A stretch of DNA of 64,000 nt, taken from NCBI GenBank assembly GCA_965242865.1, contig CBDETK010000013.1:3680001-3744000 (forward strand), in the 5' to 3' direction. Both the position numbers and the translations under genes were made by a program. The DNA is from Candidatus Latescibacterota bacterium. Its GTDB lineage: Bacteria > Latescibacterota > UBA2968 > UBA8231. Each line of letters begins with the position of its first letter. The first letter of the stretch is position 1. Of this stretch, positions 60,817 through 64,000 are shown piece by piece. Under the pieces are notes generated by a model that worked only from the letters and a program-made list of their open reading frames with translations, did no database searches and had not been told where the DNA came from.

Positions 60817-60958
60817 TTACCAGAGCGTGTACCCGCCATCGGCGACCAAGTCATGACCGGTCGCGTAAACCGAGGCGTCCGACGCGAGGAAAACGACGGC
60901 CTCCTGATAGTCGGCAGGGGTGCCTAGATGGCCCATCGGGGTGTTAGCGAGCTGTCGG
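60817..60958 (-). pseudogene. C-terminal remnant of an SDR oxidoreductase
   Basis: RQLANTPMGHLGTPADYQEAVVFLASDASVYATGHDLVADGGYTLW*; N-terminal part absent. Confidence 0.8.
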
Positions 60959-61378
60959 TCAAGGTCGCTGGACGAGTTCGATGAGGAGCCCGTCGGGGTC
61001 TAGGGTGCAGACGACGCCCGGAGTGTCTGGGGCAGCCATCGGCTCAGACAGGAATTCCACGCCTTTTGCTTGTAGCGCGGCGCACTCCGCTTTCACGTCG
61101 GGGACGAAGAAGGTGAGCCAGCGTACCCCAGCGGCAAATTGGGAGGTTCGCTTGGGCGGCGGCGAGGCGATCTCCATCAGCTTGATCAGGGTCTCTCCCG
61201 CCTGCAGGCGCACCTGCCTAAAACCTTGCGGTGCCAGCCCAATCCCCGTCGCTAGGTCTTCGGGGATGTCGATGTCGAGTGCCACCTCGAATCCGAGTTT
61301 GTCGCGGTAGAACGTCAACGATTCCTCAAAGTTGCTGCACACGATGCACAGATCGACGACCGGGTGTGAGAGTTTCAT
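60959..61378 (-). CDS. VOC/glyoxalase family protein
   Basis: SLTFYRDKLG, DPDGLLIEL; GGAGG RBS. Confidence 0.88.
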   Translation of the reverse strand: MKLSHPVVDLCIVCSNFEESLTFYRDKLGFEVALDIDIPEDLATGIGLAPQGFRQVRLQAGETLIKLMEIASPPPKRTSQFAAGVRWLTFFVPDVKAECAALQAKGVEFLSEPMAAPDTPGVVCTLDPDGLLIELVQRP

Positions 61379-61469
61379 TTACCACCTCCTGAGTGGGGTT
61401 AAGTGAACGCAGAGTCGAGATAGGTGTGAACGCCGCGATAGCCGTTGGTGGAGCTGCGCCAACGGTCAA

Positions 61470-62234
61470 CTAAGCCACATCCACATCGAGGATATAACGC
61501 GCGGCCGGCGAGATGCGCTTCCAAGTCTCGTAGCGCAGGTACTCGCGCTGGTTGAGTTGCTGGCCATGCTCGCGGGCGGTGAAGTAGCAGTGCATGGCGC
61601 GGCGCGGCCGGTCCTTGCTCTGGTTGCGGGTGCCGCCGTGCCACGTGTGGCTATTGAAGATGGCGACCGTGCCGGCCGGGGCGACGAGCCACTCTTCGTC
61701 GGGGTGGGGTGCCTGCGCGTCTTCCAAGGCATTGCGCGGATGCAGTCCCTTGTGAGAGCCGGGCACTAGCCGAGTGCAGCCGTTTTCTTCGCTAAAGTCG
61801 TCCAACAGCCAGATCGAGTTGCAGACGTGAAACTGGCCGTCGTAGTCTGCTCCCCAGTCGGCGTGTAGCCCCTGTAACCCCTCGCCGGGCAGAGCGTCGC
61901 GGGCGTTGAGCGAGGATAGCTTAAAGGGGCGACCGATGACGTGGTAGATGGCGGCCAGTACCTTGGGATGGGTATAGACGCGGTCAAAGACCGATCCTTT
62001 GTTGCAGAGGTCGGAGAGGCGGCGAGTGCCCTGTTCCTGATGGACTTCAATACCGGCGTGGACCCCTTCTTTTTCGCACAGTTCCTCAAAGCGGTCGCGC
62101 AGGGCTGCGAGCCACTCGTCGTCGATGATACCCGGGAGTACGGTATAGCCCTTCTCGTCGAGGTCGTTTCTGTTCTGCGCGGTCAGCAGGTCTGCGCGAA
62201 CGCCCAAGGCATCTAATGCGCGTGCAATATCCAT
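61470..62234 (-). CDS. PhyH family dioxygenase
   Basis: KGY, LHAD, ENGCTRLVPGSH, WHGG-x2-N. Confidence 0.9.
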   Translation of the reverse strand: MDIARALDALGVRADLLTAQNRNDLDEKGYTVLPGIIDDEWLAALRDRFEELCEKEGVHAGIEVHQEQGTRRLSDLCNKGSVFDRVYTHPKVLAAIYHVIGRPFKLSSLNARDALPGEGLQGLHADWGADYDGQFHVCNSIWLLDDFSEENGCTRLVPGSHKGLHPRNALEDAQAPHPDEEWLVAPAGTVAIFNSHTWHGGTRNQSKDRPRRAMHCYFTAREHGQQLNQREYLRYETWKRISPAARYILDVDVA

Positions 62235-63049
62235 TATTGGTTCGCTTCTGTTGCGACGAGTGCCTTGAGCGGTACGTCCTCGTCTTGGGGCAAGTAGTAG
62301 CTCAACGGATCGCCGACGACGCCAATGAGCTGCTTTTGGATTGGATTGCAGCGGGCGACCAGTTCGTCGGGCATGGCGATATAGTCCATGGGTTTGACCC
62401 AGCGATAACCATAGCCAAAGAACACTGTTTTGCGCGGGAACCCTGCCCAGTTGTGCCCAATTGAGTGATAGGTGCGCTGCTCAAATAGGAAGGCCGATCC
62501 CGCGCGGATATTCATCGCCTGTGCGCCATAAGGCAGGCCAGTCGCGGGGTCCGTGGCCGGTCGCCCGAGCAGGCGATTAGAGCCGGGCACGATCCAAGTG
62601 GCCCCCGAGCCTAGGGCGGTTTGGTCGCTGAGGGCATAGGCGATTTTTAGCAGAATCCGCGGGTGCGGCTCGCTCATCTCACGGGGCGAGGTTCCGCCAT
62701 CGCGGTGCCAGCCGAGCTTGTTTTTTTGGTCTTCAGCCGGCTCGTCGCCCGAAGGCAAGACGATCAGGTGCGAGGTCAGCATCTGGATGTTCCAGCCGAG
62801 AAGCTGCCACGCCAGCGGGACGGTGGTGGGCCAGTCGAGGAGCTGGAGGAAGGCGGGGTGCTCGACAAGGCAGTTGCGCATGTTGAGCTTGCCGGCGTCA
62901 GCGTCGCGTGCGTAGAGCGCGTCGGTGGCCGCGTTGAGCTCGGCGAGCGCGTCGGGAGACAGGGCGTCTTCGACGAGGAGATAGCCCTGCTGTTCAAAGA
63001 AGGCTTGGTCGTCGGGGGTGAGGACAGCTTGGGCGAAGGGCTGGATCAT
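62234..63049 (-). CDS. PhyH family dioxygenase
   Basis: FEQQGY, WHRD, VPGSN, YH...N...R, YGYRW. Confidence 0.88.
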   Translation of the reverse strand: MIQPFAQAVLTPDDQAFFEQQGYLLVEDALSPDALAELNAATDALYARDADAGKLNMRNCLVEHPAFLQLLDWPTTVPLAWQLLGWNIQMLTSHLIVLPSGDEPAEDQKNKLGWHRDGGTSPREMSEPHPRILLKIAYALSDQTALGSGATWIVPGSNRLLGRPATDPATGLPYGAQAMNIRAGSAFLFEQRTYHSIGHNWAGFPRKTVFFGYGYRWVKPMDYIAMPDELVARCNPIQKQLIGVVGDPLSYYLPQDEDVPLKALVATEANQ

Positions 63050-63543
63050 GGTTTCCAATCTTCTCCAACAACCTGTTTGAGCACGGTTCGGACGAAATGG
63101 TCGTCGAAATATAGACCTGATTGCCGCAGGTCTCGGATAACTTTTCCGGCAGACGCTACGAGTCCTTGTCGCTTCGCACGTAGCACAATCCCCAATGTCC
63201 CGATGACAGGTACGCCTACGGACCGGGCACAGGCCCGAGCGGCAGCGTCATCTATGATAGCTATCCAGTTGGACTTTTCCAAAGCGACAGAAAGCACTTC
63301 GGTCTCTCCAGCACCCAAGCTCCAGCTCAAGACTTCGGGCCGGAGACTAGACTCAGGCAACCGTTGGCCCCATCCGCTTTCCAAGGCACGACGCCCAGGA
63401 TCATCCTCTGGTCCCGCCGTGATTTCTTTAACAACTGCCGGTGGAATACATGTCTCGGCATCCAGCCCTTCAAGCAGGTCCAGATGATCAACTTTGGCCA
63501 AGACGATGATCGGGGAGGCATTGAGCACCCAACCGTCACTCAC
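63046..63543 (-). CDS. DUF3368 PIN-like toxin
   Basis: NASPII, LGAGE, DD-x2-AR, GTLG, AKRQG. Confidence 0.88.
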   Translation of the reverse strand: MSDGWVLNASPIIVLAKVDHLDLLEGLDAETCIPPAVVKEITAGPEDDPGRRALESGWGQRLPESSLRPEVLSWSLGAGETEVLSVALEKSNWIAIIDDAAARACARSVGVPVIGTLGIVLRAKRQGLVASAGKVIRDLRQSGLYFDDHFVRTVLKQVVGEDWKP

Positions 63544-63787
63544 GGTTTACTTCCTCTATTATCGCGGCAACGTCATACTGAAATACGGAGACCTCGAACC
63601 GGCCCAGTGCCGAGATGAATTGGCTGCGAGATAGCCCGGAAATCTCGGCCGCCCGACTTTGGGAAACCAGCCCCATCTCGTACCATTTGACAGCGGCAGC
63701 CAAACGCAGCTCTTCGGCGAAACCGTCGGGGTCTTTTCGCACCGACGAGAACACGTCTTCCGACAGTTCAAAGGCAACCGTTACCAT
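63536..63787 (-). CDS. UPF0175 family antitoxin
   Basis: LRLAAAVKWYE, VSQSRAAEISGLSR..F; overlaps the DUF3368 gene. Confidence 0.85.
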   Translation of the reverse strand: MVTVAFELSEDVFSSVRKDPDGFAEELRLAAAVKWYEMGLVSQSRAAEISGLSRSQFISALGRFEVSVFQYDVAAIIEEVNRE

Positions 63788-64000
63788 GGGATTTTCTCCT
63801 GATTGATCAATCCTCAGCAGAGGCGGTCGTGCGGCGGACAAGCTCGAATAAAAAATGGGCTAGCCGCGTTCTCGCGTCGGGCAGACTTGAGATTGTCTGC
63901 TTGGGCGGATATAATATCCAAGGTACAAAGATGAAGATAAAAGAGAAACTCCTCGTCAAACTGCCTAGCAAAGCCCAAGAAGCACAGGAGACTTCACCGC

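Noticed and set aside
63931-64000. Possible gene start MKIKEKLLVK at the window end
   Set aside because: Too short to assign

Overview
Bacterial chromosome segment spanning the replication origin. Gene content (FCB-type sigma54 activator, DUF6785/6784-like membrane protein, several PhyH dioxygenases) suggests an FCB-related lineage such as Ca. Latescibacterota; this is inference only. Left arm (- strand): gyrA (partial), gyrB, dciA/DUF721, recF, dnaN, oriC with DnaA boxes, dnaA. Right arm (+ strand): rpmH, rnpA, yidD, yidC, mnmE, two perfect parS sites, an IS982, rsmG, a second DnaA-box cluster, a pgsA-like gene, tmk, ctpA, a decayed second IS982, rng, rplU, rpmA, sucCD. Next come two glycosyltransferases, preceded by an unannotated ~165-nt structured RNA candidate that shares a divergent, operator-bearing promoter pair with an XRE regulator; this is the best novel-system candidate. 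Then tandem DUF151/UVR nucleases and a variant cytochrome c maturation operon (CxxxY CcmE plus a CcmF-CcmH fusion), pepP-like, degP-like, sigma54 activator and TPR genes, ispE, tRNA-Gln, rplY, pth, hppA, rpsF, DUF2232, rplI and tRNA-Sec. The accessory tail holds oxidoreductases, PhyH genes, gap, an MntR-like regulator, ogt, mscS, an orphan IS end, an SDR remnant and a PIN toxin-antitoxin pair. All calls come from motif recognition by eye; no database searches were run.
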